Shown here piece by piece: positions 8,614 through 17,030 of a stretch of DNA of 32,000 bases. The stretch's first letter is position 1; every line of letters begins with the position of its first letter. The notes beneath the pieces are model-generated. The model worked only from the letters and a program-made list of their open reading frames with translations. It ran no database searches and was not told where the DNA came from. Origin of the DNA: Deltaproteobacteria bacterium (GTDB lineage Bacteria; Myxococcota_A; Polyangia; Fen-1088); the NCBI GenBank assembly GCA_033763315.1, contig JANRKS010000008.1:26175-58174 (forward strand), read 5' to 3'. A program made the translations under genes and the position numbers.

Positions 8614-10713
8614 ATGCTCAAGCGCGTGGTTTTTGCCCTGGTTTTGCTGGGTTCGGCGGCGTTGTTCGGTTGGACGGTGCGCCGCTTTGCGCGCATGGTG
8701 TTGGCCGGCAAACCCGAGAACCGCTGGGATCGGCTGCCCGAACGGTTCGGTTCGGTGCTCAAGTATTTCTTCGGCCAGCGAAAGGTCATCGAAGAATCGC
8801 GCATTCCGTCCACCCGGGCCAAGCGTTTCGTCCGCGCCATGGGGTCGAAATACCACTTCTTCATCTTTTGGGGCTTCATCATCATCACGATCGGCACCGT
8901 CGAGCTGCTGATCCAGGGGCTATTCCCCGCGTTCAACCTGACGCAGGTGTTTGGCCAAACGCTGGCCTACTACACGTGGGTGGCGATTGATTGGTCGAAC
9001 CTCATCGTTTTGGGCCTGATTGCCTTCTCTGTGTTTCGGCGCGTGGTGCTGCAACCACGGCTGATTCCGATGAGCCGCGACGCCGCCGCCATCTTGGGCG
9101 CCATCGCCGTCTTGATGATCACCCACTTCTTCATTCACGGCTTCGCTGGTTTGGCCAGCGGCGAACCCGAGGCGGGGTTTCCGTTGTCGGCGAAGTTCGC
9201 GTCGGCGTTTGCCGGCTTATCCCCGGCCGTGGCCAATGTGATTTCCGAGGCCAATTGGTGGATCCACATAGCGGTGGTTCTGGCGTTCGGTAACTACCTG
9301 CTTTACTCAAAGCACAGCCACATCATGGCGGCGTTGCCGAACATCTTTTTCCGCCGCTTGGACCAGCGAGGCGTGTTGCCCAAGCTGAACATGGAGGCCG
9401 AAGAGATCGAGCAGATCGGCATCGTCAAAGAGTTCAACGACTTCACGTGGCGCTCGCTGCTGGATGGCTACGCTTGCACTGAATGTGCACGCTGCACGAA
9501 CGAGTGCCCCGCCTACAACACGGGTAAACCGCTTTCGCCAATGCAAGTCGTGCACGACGTGCGCGATGAGATGAAAAAGAAACTGCCTGGCCGTGGCCCC
9601 TTGGACACGCTCATGGAGCGTTTCCAGCACGGGGACGAAGGCGAGCACAACATCACCCGGGACGTGGAGATGGTGGGCGGGCGCACGACCGAGGACGTGC
9701 TTTGGTCGTGCACCACCTGCGGGGCCTGCCAAGAGGTGTGCCCGGTATTCATCGATCAGCCCGAGAAGATCTTGCAGATGCGGCAAAACCTGGTCTTGCT
9801 GCAAGAGAAAGTGCCGCCGGATCTGGCCCGCACGTTCAAGAACCTGGAGCAAAACGGCAACCCCTGGGGCATCGGCGCGGACAAGCGCATGGATTGGGCT
9901 GACGGCCAAGACGTGCCAACGTTGGACGACAAGCCCAACGCCGAATACCTGCTGTGGGTGGGCTGCGCTGGCGCCTATGACGATCGCATCAAGAAGCAAA
10001 CCCTGGCCTTGGTGGACATCTTGAAGGAAGGCGGCGTTGATTTTGCGGTGCTGGGCCTCGAAGAAGGCTGCACGGGTGATCCCGCGCGGCGCTCAGGCAA
10101 CGAGATGCTGTACCAAATGCAGGCGCAGCAGAACGTGGACACGATGAAGGAAAAGAACGTGAAAAAGGTGATCACGGCTTGCCCGCACTGCCTGCACACG
10201 ATCAAGAACGAATACCCGCAACTGGGCGGCACGTTTGAGGTGAAGCACCACACGCAGGTGATCCGCGAGTTGGTGGATTCTGGAAAAGTGAACGTCAATA
10301 AAGATGCCGACGGCATCAAGCGCGTGACGTTTCACGATCCCTGTTACCTCGGCCGATGGAACGGCGAATATGACGCCCCTCGGGACGCTTTGGACAAAGT
10401 GGGCTCCAACCGCATCGAACTCGATCGTTCGAAAGAACACGGCTTTTGCTGCGGGGCCGGCGGTGGGCGCATGTGGATGGAAGAAAACATCGGCACGCGC
10501 GTGAACCATAACCGCGTGGATGAGATCATCGCGTCGGGTGCCGAGACGGTGGCCACCGCGTGCCCATTCTGCACAATCATGGTGCAAGACGGCGTCAACG
10601 ACCGCGGCGCCAACGAAAAGGTGCAGGTGCTTAACGTTTCGGAGATGGTGGCCAAATCGATGGTGCGCAAGCGGCAAATCCAGGCCGAGGCCAAGGCCCC
10701 AGACGCCTCATAG
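8614..10713 (+). CDS. Membrane-anchored (Fe-S)-binding oxidoreductase: N-terminal polytopic domain fused to an HdrD/GlpC-like module (2x[4Fe-4S] plus two CCG domains)
   Basis: The first ~250 aa are hydrophobic with conserved His residues (HFFIHG, WWIHIAV, SKHSHIM). Ferredoxin motifs are CTECARCTNECP (Cys codon 9475-9477) and CTTCGACQEVCP. Cys-rich CCG-type motifs are CPHCLHT and CCGAGGG...CPFC. RBS-like GAGGG precedes the ATG. Confidence 0.85.
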   Translation: MLKRVVFALVLLGSAALFGWTVRRFARMVLAGKPENRWDRLPERFGSVLKYFFGQRKVIEESRIPSTRAKRFVRAMGSKYHFFIFWGFIIITIGTVELLIQGLFPAFNLTQVFGQTLAYYTWVAIDWSNLIVLGLIAFSVFRRVVLQPRLIPMSRDAAAILGAIAVLMITHFFIHGFAGLASGEPEAGFPLSAKFASAFAGLSPAVANVISEANWWIHIAVVLAFGNYLLYSKHSHIMAALPNIFFRRLDQRGVLPKLNMEAEEIEQIGIVKEFNDFTWRSLLDGYACTECARCTNECPAYNTGKPLSPMQVVHDVRDEMKKKLPGRGPLDTLMERFQHGDEGEHNITRDVEMVGGRTTEDVLWSCTTCGACQEVCPVFIDQPEKILQMRQNLVLLQEKVPPDLARTFKNLEQNGNPWGIGADKRMDWADGQDVPTLDDKPNAEYLLWVGCAGAYDDRIKKQTLALVDILKEGGVDFAVLGLEEGCTGDPARRSGNEMLYQMQAQQNVDTMKEKNVKKVITACPHCLHTIKNEYPQLGGTFEVKHHTQVIRELVDSGKVNVNKDADGIKRVTFHDPCYLGRWNGEYDAPRDALDKVGSNRIELDRSKEHGFCCGAGGGRMWMEENIGTRVNHNRVDEIIASGAETVATACPFCTIMVQDGVNDRGANEKVQVLNVSEMVAKSMVRKRQIQAEAKAPDAS

Positions 10714-10879
10714 AACGAACGTCGACGAGACGCCCGGATCGCGACATCCAGGTCGGGGGACCGCCCGGATTTTCGGTGTGTAACGGCCCGGATTAGGTAA
10801 CCGAGCCAGACACACGGGCATTTCGCGTATCTTTGAACGTGGCCTAGGTCTTGCTGTTACGCCCGCCGCACGTGACGCC

Positions 10880-12898
10880 ATGAAAACTTCCCCCCACAAC
10901 ATCCTTGTCTTTTCACTCGCCGCGGCTTTGGCCGCTTGCCAGGGTGTTGATCCCACTCCGCAACCCGTGCCCAACCCCACCCCTGTGGTGCACATCTACC
11001 GTGCGGAATGGTCGGCGGCGCGCAACTGGAATGAAGCTCTGTTGGCGGCGATTCGCCGGGATCTGGCGCGGCCCCCTGTGCATGCGCGCAACCTTTTTCA
11101 TACCTCGGTGTTGATGTACGACGTGTGGGCGGTGCTCGATCCGGTGGCTACCCCCTTGTTTTTGGGTCGCAGCCTGCCGCGGGCCAACGGAGGCACCAGC
11201 ACTTGTGCGCTCACGCCTTCACAGCGCACGGCTTTGCAACAAGGCTCGATCGATCCCATGACCGAGCGCTCAATCGCGATCGCGTACGGCATGAACAAGC
11301 TGTTGCATCATCGGTTTGCCTCCTCGCCAAATGCGGCAGAATCAGCGGCTCTGTTCGATACGCTGATGACCGATATGAAACTTGATCCCAAGGCGAAGAC
11401 GGGATCGTTGCAAGCAGGCACCCAGGCACAAAAGATGGCGGCGTTGGGCAATTACATGGCCGATTGCCTGATCGACCACGGCATGAAGGACGGCGCCAAC
11501 GAAGCGGGCAACTACGCCAACCAAACGTATATTCCAGCCAACGGACCGCTGTTCACTTCAGAAGATGGCACGAGCGGAATCAACGATCCGGATCGCTGGC
11601 AGCCGTTGTCACTGCAAAGGGCGATCGATCAAGCGGGCAACCCCTTGGCCAACGTGCCGTCTTTCGTGTGCGCTGAGTGGGGCGGCGTGGTGCCATTCGC
11701 GATGTCGGCGGCACAAAGCAAGCCCATGCAGCGCGGGGGATTCACGTGGCCTGTATTCCATGACCCGGGGCCACCCGCGAGGTTGCGCGGGGTTGGTGCT
11801 GATCCCGAGGCGTACAAATGGAACCACGCGATGGTGTTGCAATGGTCGTCGCATTTGGATCCCAGCGACGGCGTGATGCAGGACATCTCGCCAGCCACGC
11901 TGGGCAACTCGGCGGCCCTGCCCACGGACTTGGCCTCGTATAAGGCGTTCTACAACGTGGCGGGTGGTGTGATGCAAAGCGGGCACACCCTCAATCCAAA
12001 AACGGGACAACCGTACGCACCGAACGTTGTTCCGCGCGGTGATTACACGCGCGTGTTGTCCGAGTTTTGGGCGGATGGCCCAAAGTCCGAAACGCCGCCT
12101 GGTCACTGGTTCGTGATGTTCAATCACCTGGTCAGCGACCACCCCCAGGTGCAGAAGCGCTACCGCGGCCAAGGGCCGGTGCTGGACGCGCTTGAGTGGG
12201 ACGTCAAAGCGTACTTCGCTTTGGCGGGCGCGCTTCACGACGCCGCGATCACGGCGTGGGGCCTCAAGGGCTTTTACGACTCGATACGACCGATCTCTGC
12301 GAACCGCTTCATGGCGGCGCAAGGGCAATCGTCGGATCCGGCGCAACAAAACTATCATCCTGAAGGGTTGCCGTTGATCGCCGGAGCGATTGAGTTGGTG
12401 GCGGCAGGCGATCCGCTGGCCGGCCCTGGTGGTGAGAATGTGGGCAAGGTGAAAGTGAAGGCCTGGAAAGGCACCGTGGGCAACCCGGCCACCGACGTGG
12501 CTGGTGTGGGTTGGATCCTGGCGGAAAAGTGGCTCCCCTACCAACCCGCCACCTTCGTGACCCCACCCTTCGCGGGTTACATCTCAGGCCACTCCACGTA
12601 TTCGCGCGCGGCCGCCGAAGTGTTGACCGCTTTCACCGGTGATGCCTACTTCCCCGGGGGCCTCGGCGAATTCACCGCGAAGAAGGACACCTTCTTGCGA
12701 TTCGAGCGCGGACCTTCCGTAGATGTAACGCTGCAATGGGCCACCTACAGGGATGCCTCGGACCAAACCAGCTTGTCGCGCATCTGGGGCGGCATCCATC
12801 CCCCCATGGACGACATCCCTGGCAGGACAATCGGCACCTTGATCGCACAAGAGGCTTTTACACTCGCGGACAAACTGTTCCGCGGCGAAGCGCTGTAG
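10880..12898 (+). CDS. Secreted lipoprotein of the PAP2 / vanadium-dependent haloperoxidase superfamily
   Basis: Lipobox signal MKTSPHNILVFSLAAALAAC. The C-terminal tripartite PAP2/V-HPO motif is complete: K-GFYDSI-RP (KX6RP), YISGHS (SGH) and SRIWGGIHPPMDD (SRX5HX3D). Confidence 0.75.
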   Translation: MKTSPHNILVFSLAAALAACQGVDPTPQPVPNPTPVVHIYRAEWSAARNWNEALLAAIRRDLARPPVHARNLFHTSVLMYDVWAVLDPVATPLFLGRSLPRANGGTSTCALTPSQRTALQQGSIDPMTERSIAIAYGMNKLLHHRFASSPNAAESAALFDTLMTDMKLDPKAKTGSLQAGTQAQKMAALGNYMADCLIDHGMKDGANEAGNYANQTYIPANGPLFTSEDGTSGINDPDRWQPLSLQRAIDQAGNPLANVPSFVCAEWGGVVPFAMSAAQSKPMQRGGFTWPVFHDPGPPARLRGVGADPEAYKWNHAMVLQWSSHLDPSDGVMQDISPATLGNSAALPTDLASYKAFYNVAGGVMQSGHTLNPKTGQPYAPNVVPRGDYTRVLSEFWADGPKSETPPGHWFVMFNHLVSDHPQVQKRYRGQGPVLDALEWDVKAYFALAGALHDAAITAWGLKGFYDSIRPISANRFMAAQGQSSDPAQQNYHPEGLPLIAGAIELVAAGDPLAGPGGENVGKVKVKAWKGTVGNPATDVAGVGWILAEKWLPYQPATFVTPPFAGYISGHSTYSRAAAEVLTAFTGDAYFPGGLGEFTAKKDTFLRFERGPSVDVTLQWATYRDASDQTSLSRIWGGIHPPMDDIPGRTIGTLIAQEAFTLADKLFRGEAL

Positions 12899-12940
12899 CG
12901 AGCGTTCGCCAGGTACGGCCGCGCGCGCTATTGTGCGGCC

Positions 12941-14581
12941 GTGACCAGCCCGTTATTGCCCTTGGGTGCATGGACGCCCAGCACCGAAACGCCTTGTTTT
13001 GCGCCCGCTGAGCTTGTGCCCGCTGTGGCGCGCTTTCGCGAACCGCTGCACCTGATACGCGACGGCGCGCGTGGGCCTTTAGGGGTGGCGTTCGAGGGCA
13101 GTGTGAGTTTGGATGCACCCGTAGGTGGCGGATCTGGGCGGTACCCGTGGCTCGGCCGCTTGCCCGCCATCTATCCTGAATGGCTTGGCGATCGAGGCTT
13201 CTGCGAGACGCACAACCTTCGTTTTGCCTACATCGCGGGCGAGATGGCGAACGGCATCGCCACACCCGCCCTTGTGATCGCGATGGCACGCGCGGGCATG
13301 TTGGGTTTTTTCGGTGCGGGCGGTTTGCATCCACAACGCGTGGAGCAAGCGCTCAATGAGATCGAGGCGGCGCTCGGCCCCAGCAACGGTCACCCGGCGC
13401 CGTCGTGGGGCACCAATCTGATTCATTCGCCAGCGGAACCTGCGATCGAAAACGCCGTGGCTGATCTCTACATCAGGCGCGGCGTCCGACGCGTTTGCGT
13501 ATCGGCGTTCATGAATTTAACGCCAGCGGTGGCGCGTTTGGCGGCCAGCGGTCTTGTGCAAAACGAACAAGGGCGCGTTGAACGCAAACACCACATCTTC
13601 GCGAAGATCTCACGGCCCGAGGTGGCCACGGCATTCATGTCGCCCGCCCCGCTTTCCATGTTGGAAAGTCTCGTGCGCGCGGGGCAGATCACGCAGAACG
13701 AAGCACAATTGGCGCAACAGATCCCCGTGGCCGCTGAGATCACCGTTGAATCAGATTCCGGCGGGCACACGGACAACAGACCGCTGGGCTCGCTCCTGCC
13801 CGTGATCACAGCGCTGCGCGATGAAATGATGAAGCGCCACGATTTCAAATACGCCATTCGCGTCGGCGCCGCGGGCGGATTGGGAACACCCGAAGCCGTG
13901 GCGGCGGCCTTCGCGATGGGTGCCGCCTACGTTGTGACTGGTTCTATCAACCAAAGTACCGTCGAAGCGGGCCTGAGCGCCGAGGGTAAGGCTTTGCTGG
14001 CACAGGCGGGGTTGGCGGACGTGATCATGGCGCCAGCCGCCGATATGTTCGAGCTTGGCGTGAAGGTGCAGGTGCTCAAGCGTGGCTCGCTGTTCGGACC
14101 GCGCGCTTTGCGCTTGTATGAAGTGTTTCGCAGCTACGAGAGCTTAGAAGCCATTCCAGCGGCCGTGCGCGAGAAGCTTGAACGTGAAGTTTTGGGCCTT
14201 ACCTGCGACGCCATCTGGAACGAAGTGCAGACATTCTTTGCAGAGAGAGATCCGCAAGAGATCGCGCGCGCGCAAGCCGACGGCAAGCATAAGATGGCGC
14301 TGGTCTTCCGGTGGTACCTTGGCCTTTCGAGCCGATGGGCGATCGCCGGAGAGCCAAGCCGGCGCGCCGACTATCAGATCTGGTGCGGGCCCGCGATGGG
14401 CGCGTTCAACGGTTGGGTCAAAGGCACGTTTTTGGAGGCACCAGAAAAACGCAACGTCACCCAGCTGGCGTGGAATCTGATGGAGGGCGCGGCCGCCGTC
14501 ACGCGCGCCCAGCAGTTGCGCAGCGCAGGCGTTCCCGTTCCCACAGAGGCTTTTCACTTCGCGCCGCGGCAGCTTGGGTGA
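12941..14581 (+). CDS. pfaD: PfaD-family enoyl reductase (trans-acting ER of PUFA/polyketide-type synthases; nitronate-monooxygenase-like TIM barrel)
   Basis: RLPAIYPEWLGDRGFCETHNLRFAYIAGEMANGIATPALVIAMARAGMLGFFGAGGL is the hallmark PfaD N-terminal block. This is followed by ...ESDSGGHTDNRPL... and VGAAGGLGTPEAVAAAFAMGAAYVVTGSINQ. GTG start, 42 bp after the upstream gene. Confidence 0.9.
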   Translation: MTSPLLPLGAWTPSTETPCFAPAELVPAVARFREPLHLIRDGARGPLGVAFEGSVSLDAPVGGGSGRYPWLGRLPAIYPEWLGDRGFCETHNLRFAYIAGEMANGIATPALVIAMARAGMLGFFGAGGLHPQRVEQALNEIEAALGPSNGHPAPSWGTNLIHSPAEPAIENAVADLYIRRGVRRVCVSAFMNLTPAVARLAASGLVQNEQGRVERKHHIFAKISRPEVATAFMSPAPLSMLESLVRAGQITQNEAQLAQQIPVAAEITVESDSGGHTDNRPLGSLLPVITALRDEMMKRHDFKYAIRVGAAGGLGTPEAVAAAFAMGAAYVVTGSINQSTVEAGLSAEGKALLAQAGLADVIMAPAADMFELGVKVQVLKRGSLFGPRALRLYEVFRSYESLEAIPAAVREKLEREVLGLTCDAIWNEVQTFFAERDPQEIARAQADGKHKMALVFRWYLGLSSRWAIAGEPSRRADYQIWCGPAMGAFNGWVKGTFLEAPEKRNVTQLAWNLMEGAAAVTRAQQLRSAGVPVPTEAFHFAPRQLG

Positions 14582-14774
14582 TCTGGCGGCACCCCTGTTA
14601 GAACGGGCGCATGGACGCACGGGCTTTCGCGAATCGAGGGCCGAGCACCGAAGTTTCGCGATCGGCGCGTGGCACCCGCGAAACAGTTGGCCCAAGCGAA
14701 GCGGCCACTTAGGCGATCGCAGCGGCAGCCGTCGCCAGCTTCAGTGATGGATCGATGGTTGCAATACCTGGGGT

Positions 14775-15170
14775 ATGGCCTTTCGATCTATCGAAGTTTC
14801 GGGTGACAGTCAGCTGCTTGCCATGCAGGGCTCCGGGCGGCATCACCGCGACACCGGTCGGGCGCCGAGGGAGACGCGGGTGATCAAGGTCAAAGGAATA
14901 CTCGATCCCGGCTCTTACGAACTGTTCGCGCCGTTGCTTCAATGGGTTCCCCAAGGGCCCTTCGAGGTCATCATCGACTGTCATGAGCTTGAGCGCGTGA
15001 GCACAGCCGGGATGGGGCTGTTCCTGCTCGTTGACAACTTTGTACGACGACACTTCGGCAACGTGCGAATTATCGGTTGCAACGAGGATGTGGCACGGGT
15101 GCTTCAGACGGCCAGTGACTTCACCAACCGCTTTCAGATACCGTTTGAGCGCGCCAAAAGCCCCCTATAA
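14775..15170 (+). CDS. STAS-domain protein (anti-sigma-factor-antagonist-like)
   Basis: VIKVKGILDPGSYELFAPLL...VIIDCHELERVSTAGMGLFLLV...VRIIGCNEDVARVLQTASDFTNRFQI matches the SpoIIAA/STAS layout. The true start may be the internal ATG at 14823. The antisense ORF 14709..15053 has no recognisable motifs. Confidence 0.6.
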   Translation: MAFRSIEVSGDSQLLAMQGSGRHHRDTGRAPRETRVIKVKGILDPGSYELFAPLLQWVPQGPFEVIIDCHELERVSTAGMGLFLLVDNFVRRHFGNVRIIGCNEDVARVLQTASDFTNRFQIPFERAKSPL

Positions 15171-15344
15171 CCAACGTCGCGTGCCGCTGGCGAGCTCGGT
15201 GCGGGAACCACATGTGGGCTCACCGGCAAGGTCGCTTTTGCTGGGAGCGAAACCCTCGCCGATGTAGGATTGGACAATGTGGTCGGGCCGCGTCACCGAT
15301 GCGACGCTGTGGGAGCCACCCATGAACACTTCGGACAGCAGTAG

Positions 15345-17030
15345 GTGCCGATGCAACCGTACAGTGCAGTTTTGGCGGTGGGCCTGGCCATGGCAGTGGC
15401 CACGGCGTGTGGGGGCAAGATCAGCGATGACGGCGACGGACGTGGCGGCACAGGAATGGCCTCCCCCGCCACGATGACGGGTGGACGTGGCGGCACCGCG
15501 GCCGTGGCGGCAGCGGCAGGCGTGCTCCCCATGCGGTTGCTCACCCGCGCTGAATACGACAACACCGTTCTTGATCTTCTGGGCGACGATAGCCATCCCG
15601 CCGCTGCCTTCCCGCCGGAGGATGCCGGCAGCACCGGCTTTGCCCAAGTTCAAAAGCTTGATGATGTGAACATTGGCGCCTACCTCAAAGCCGCCGAGAC
15701 GATCGCCGAACGCGCCAGCAAAGATCTGAAGACGCTCATGGGTTGCGACCCAGCGGGTGCGGCGGAGTTGGTTTGCGTGAAGTCGTTCGTGACCAGCTTT
15801 GGCCGCCGCGCTTACCGAAGGCCCCTGCGCGACGCTGAAGTTGATGAACACGTGGCGCTTTACACCGACACACTCAAAGGGACGCTGAAGCTGGGCATCA
15901 ACGAGGCCATGCCCACACTCGTTGCAGCGATGCTGCAATCGCCATTTTTTCTCTACCGTTGGGAAAGCGCATGGGAAGCCAGCCGTGACGGCCGCGAGTT
16001 GAAGCTGAACGCGCACCACTTGGCCTCACAGTTGTCGTATTTTTTCTGGTCCTCGATGCCTGACGCCGAACTCATGGCGGCCGCTGATCGAGGGGAGCTG
16101 CAGACCACGGCACAAATTCAAGCCCAAGCGGTGCGTTTGTTGGCCGATCCACGAGCAGAGCGCTCGATCTCAAGCTTCGTTGAACAATGGTTGGGTATCA
16201 CAGCGCTCGAGGGAGCCTTACGAAGCAAGCCCGGCTGGGGCCCCACCTTGGCACGCGCGATGATCGCTGAGACGGATCGTTTCGCCGCTGATGTGATCTT
16301 GAAGGGCAATGGCCTGCTCACGACGTTGTTCACCTCTCGGCTAAGTTCAGCCGATGCGACTTTGGCTGCGTTCTACGGCAACAAAACCATCACTGGCACA
16401 ACCCCGCAGCCACTGACTTTCGCACAGGGCGAGCGCGCCGGCATCCTGACGCTGGCCGCAACCTTGGCTGCACATGCGGACGAGAATGACGCCAGCCCCA
16501 TCTTGCGCGGCAAGCTGATTCGAGAGCGCGTGATGTGTGATGCGATTCCGCCACCCCCAGGTGGTGTACCCGATCTACCCGCGCCCGATCCAAACACACC
16601 GAAGAAGCAGCGCTTTGCGATGCACGCGCAAGGCACCTGCAAAGGTTGCCACGAACTGATGGATCCGATCGGCTTTGCGTTTGAACATTACGACAACGTT
16701 GGCGCGTACCGTACAATGGACGGTAAATTGCCTGTCGATAGCAGCGGCGCCATCAAAGGGTTGGACGGAAGCGATCAAAGCTTCACGTCTGCGGTCGACA
16801 TGATGGATCTGCTCGGCAACAGCGATCAAGTGCGCACATGCCTCATGAAGCAATTTTTTCGCTTTGGTTTTGCACGCAAAGAAAACGAAGACGCGGATGT
16901 GGCTTCGCTCAAAGCGGCTTCGGACGCCTTTCGTTCGTCCAACGGAAATATACGCAAGATGCTGGCGGCGCTCGCCACCTCACGCGTGATGACCCACCGC
17001 TCGCTTGCCGCCGGTGAGGTGTTGCCATGA
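15345..17030 (+). CDS. DUF1587/DUF1592/DUF1595/DUF1588/DUF1585-family lipoprotein with a CxxCH motif
   Basis: Lipobox AVATAC, then a Gly-rich tether. RLLTRAEYDNTVLDLLGD is the DUF1587-type opener. CKGCHELMDPIGFAFEHYDNVG (Cys codons 16638-16640 and 16647-16649) is the conserved putative heme-c site of DUF1588. GTG at 15345 or ATG at 15351. Confidence 0.8.
   Translation: MPMQPYSAVLAVGLAMAVATACGGKISDDGDGRGGTGMASPATMTGGRGGTAAVAAAAGVLPMRLLTRAEYDNTVLDLLGDDSHPAAAFPPEDAGSTGFAQVQKLDDVNIGAYLKAAETIAERASKDLKTLMGCDPAGAAELVCVKSFVTSFGRRAYRRPLRDAEVDEHVALYTDTLKGTLKLGINEAMPTLVAAMLQSPFFLYRWESAWEASRDGRELKLNAHHLASQLSYFFWSSMPDAELMAAADRGELQTTAQIQAQAVRLLADPRAERSISSFVEQWLGITALEGALRSKPGWGPTLARAMIAETDRFAADVILKGNGLLTTLFTSRLSSADATLAAFYGNKTITGTTPQPLTFAQGERAGILTLAATLAAHADENDASPILRGKLIRERVMCDAIPPPPGGVPDLPAPDPNTPKKQRFAMHAQGTCKGCHELMDPIGFAFEHYDNVGAYRTMDGKLPVDSSGAIKGLDGSDQSFTSAVDMMDLLGNSDQVRTCLMKQFFRFGFARKENEDADVASLKAASDAFRSSNGNIRKMLAALATSRVMTHRSLAAGEVLP

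Noticed and set aside
8316-8936. 206-aa minus-strand ORF.
   Set aside because: Only the last 58 aa (from MALNKALIDIL, start 8492) form a recognisable Trm112-type protein. The upstream extension overlaps the Fe-S oxidoreductase start in antisense and has no motifs.
11609-12544. 311-aa minus-strand ORF inside the haloperoxidase-type gene. Similar long antisense ORFs lie at 15165..16019, 18182..18928, 19061..19897, 21122..21838, 24742..25542, 26755..27780 and 27852..28568.
   Set aside because: All are Arg/His/Gly/Pro-rich translations opposite strongly supported genes, the usual artefact of high third-position GC. None has a catalytic or structural motif.
14669-14690. TGGCAC at 14670-14675 as a possible sigma-54 -24 element.
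   Set aside because: The sequence 5 nt downstream is AAAC, not TTGC, so there is no -12 GC element at the required spacing.
14709-15053. 114-aa minus-strand ORF overlapping the STAS gene.
   Set aside because: It has no recognisable domain, whereas the plus-strand frame gives a coherent STAS/SpoIIAA-like pattern. It is treated as an antisense shadow ORF.
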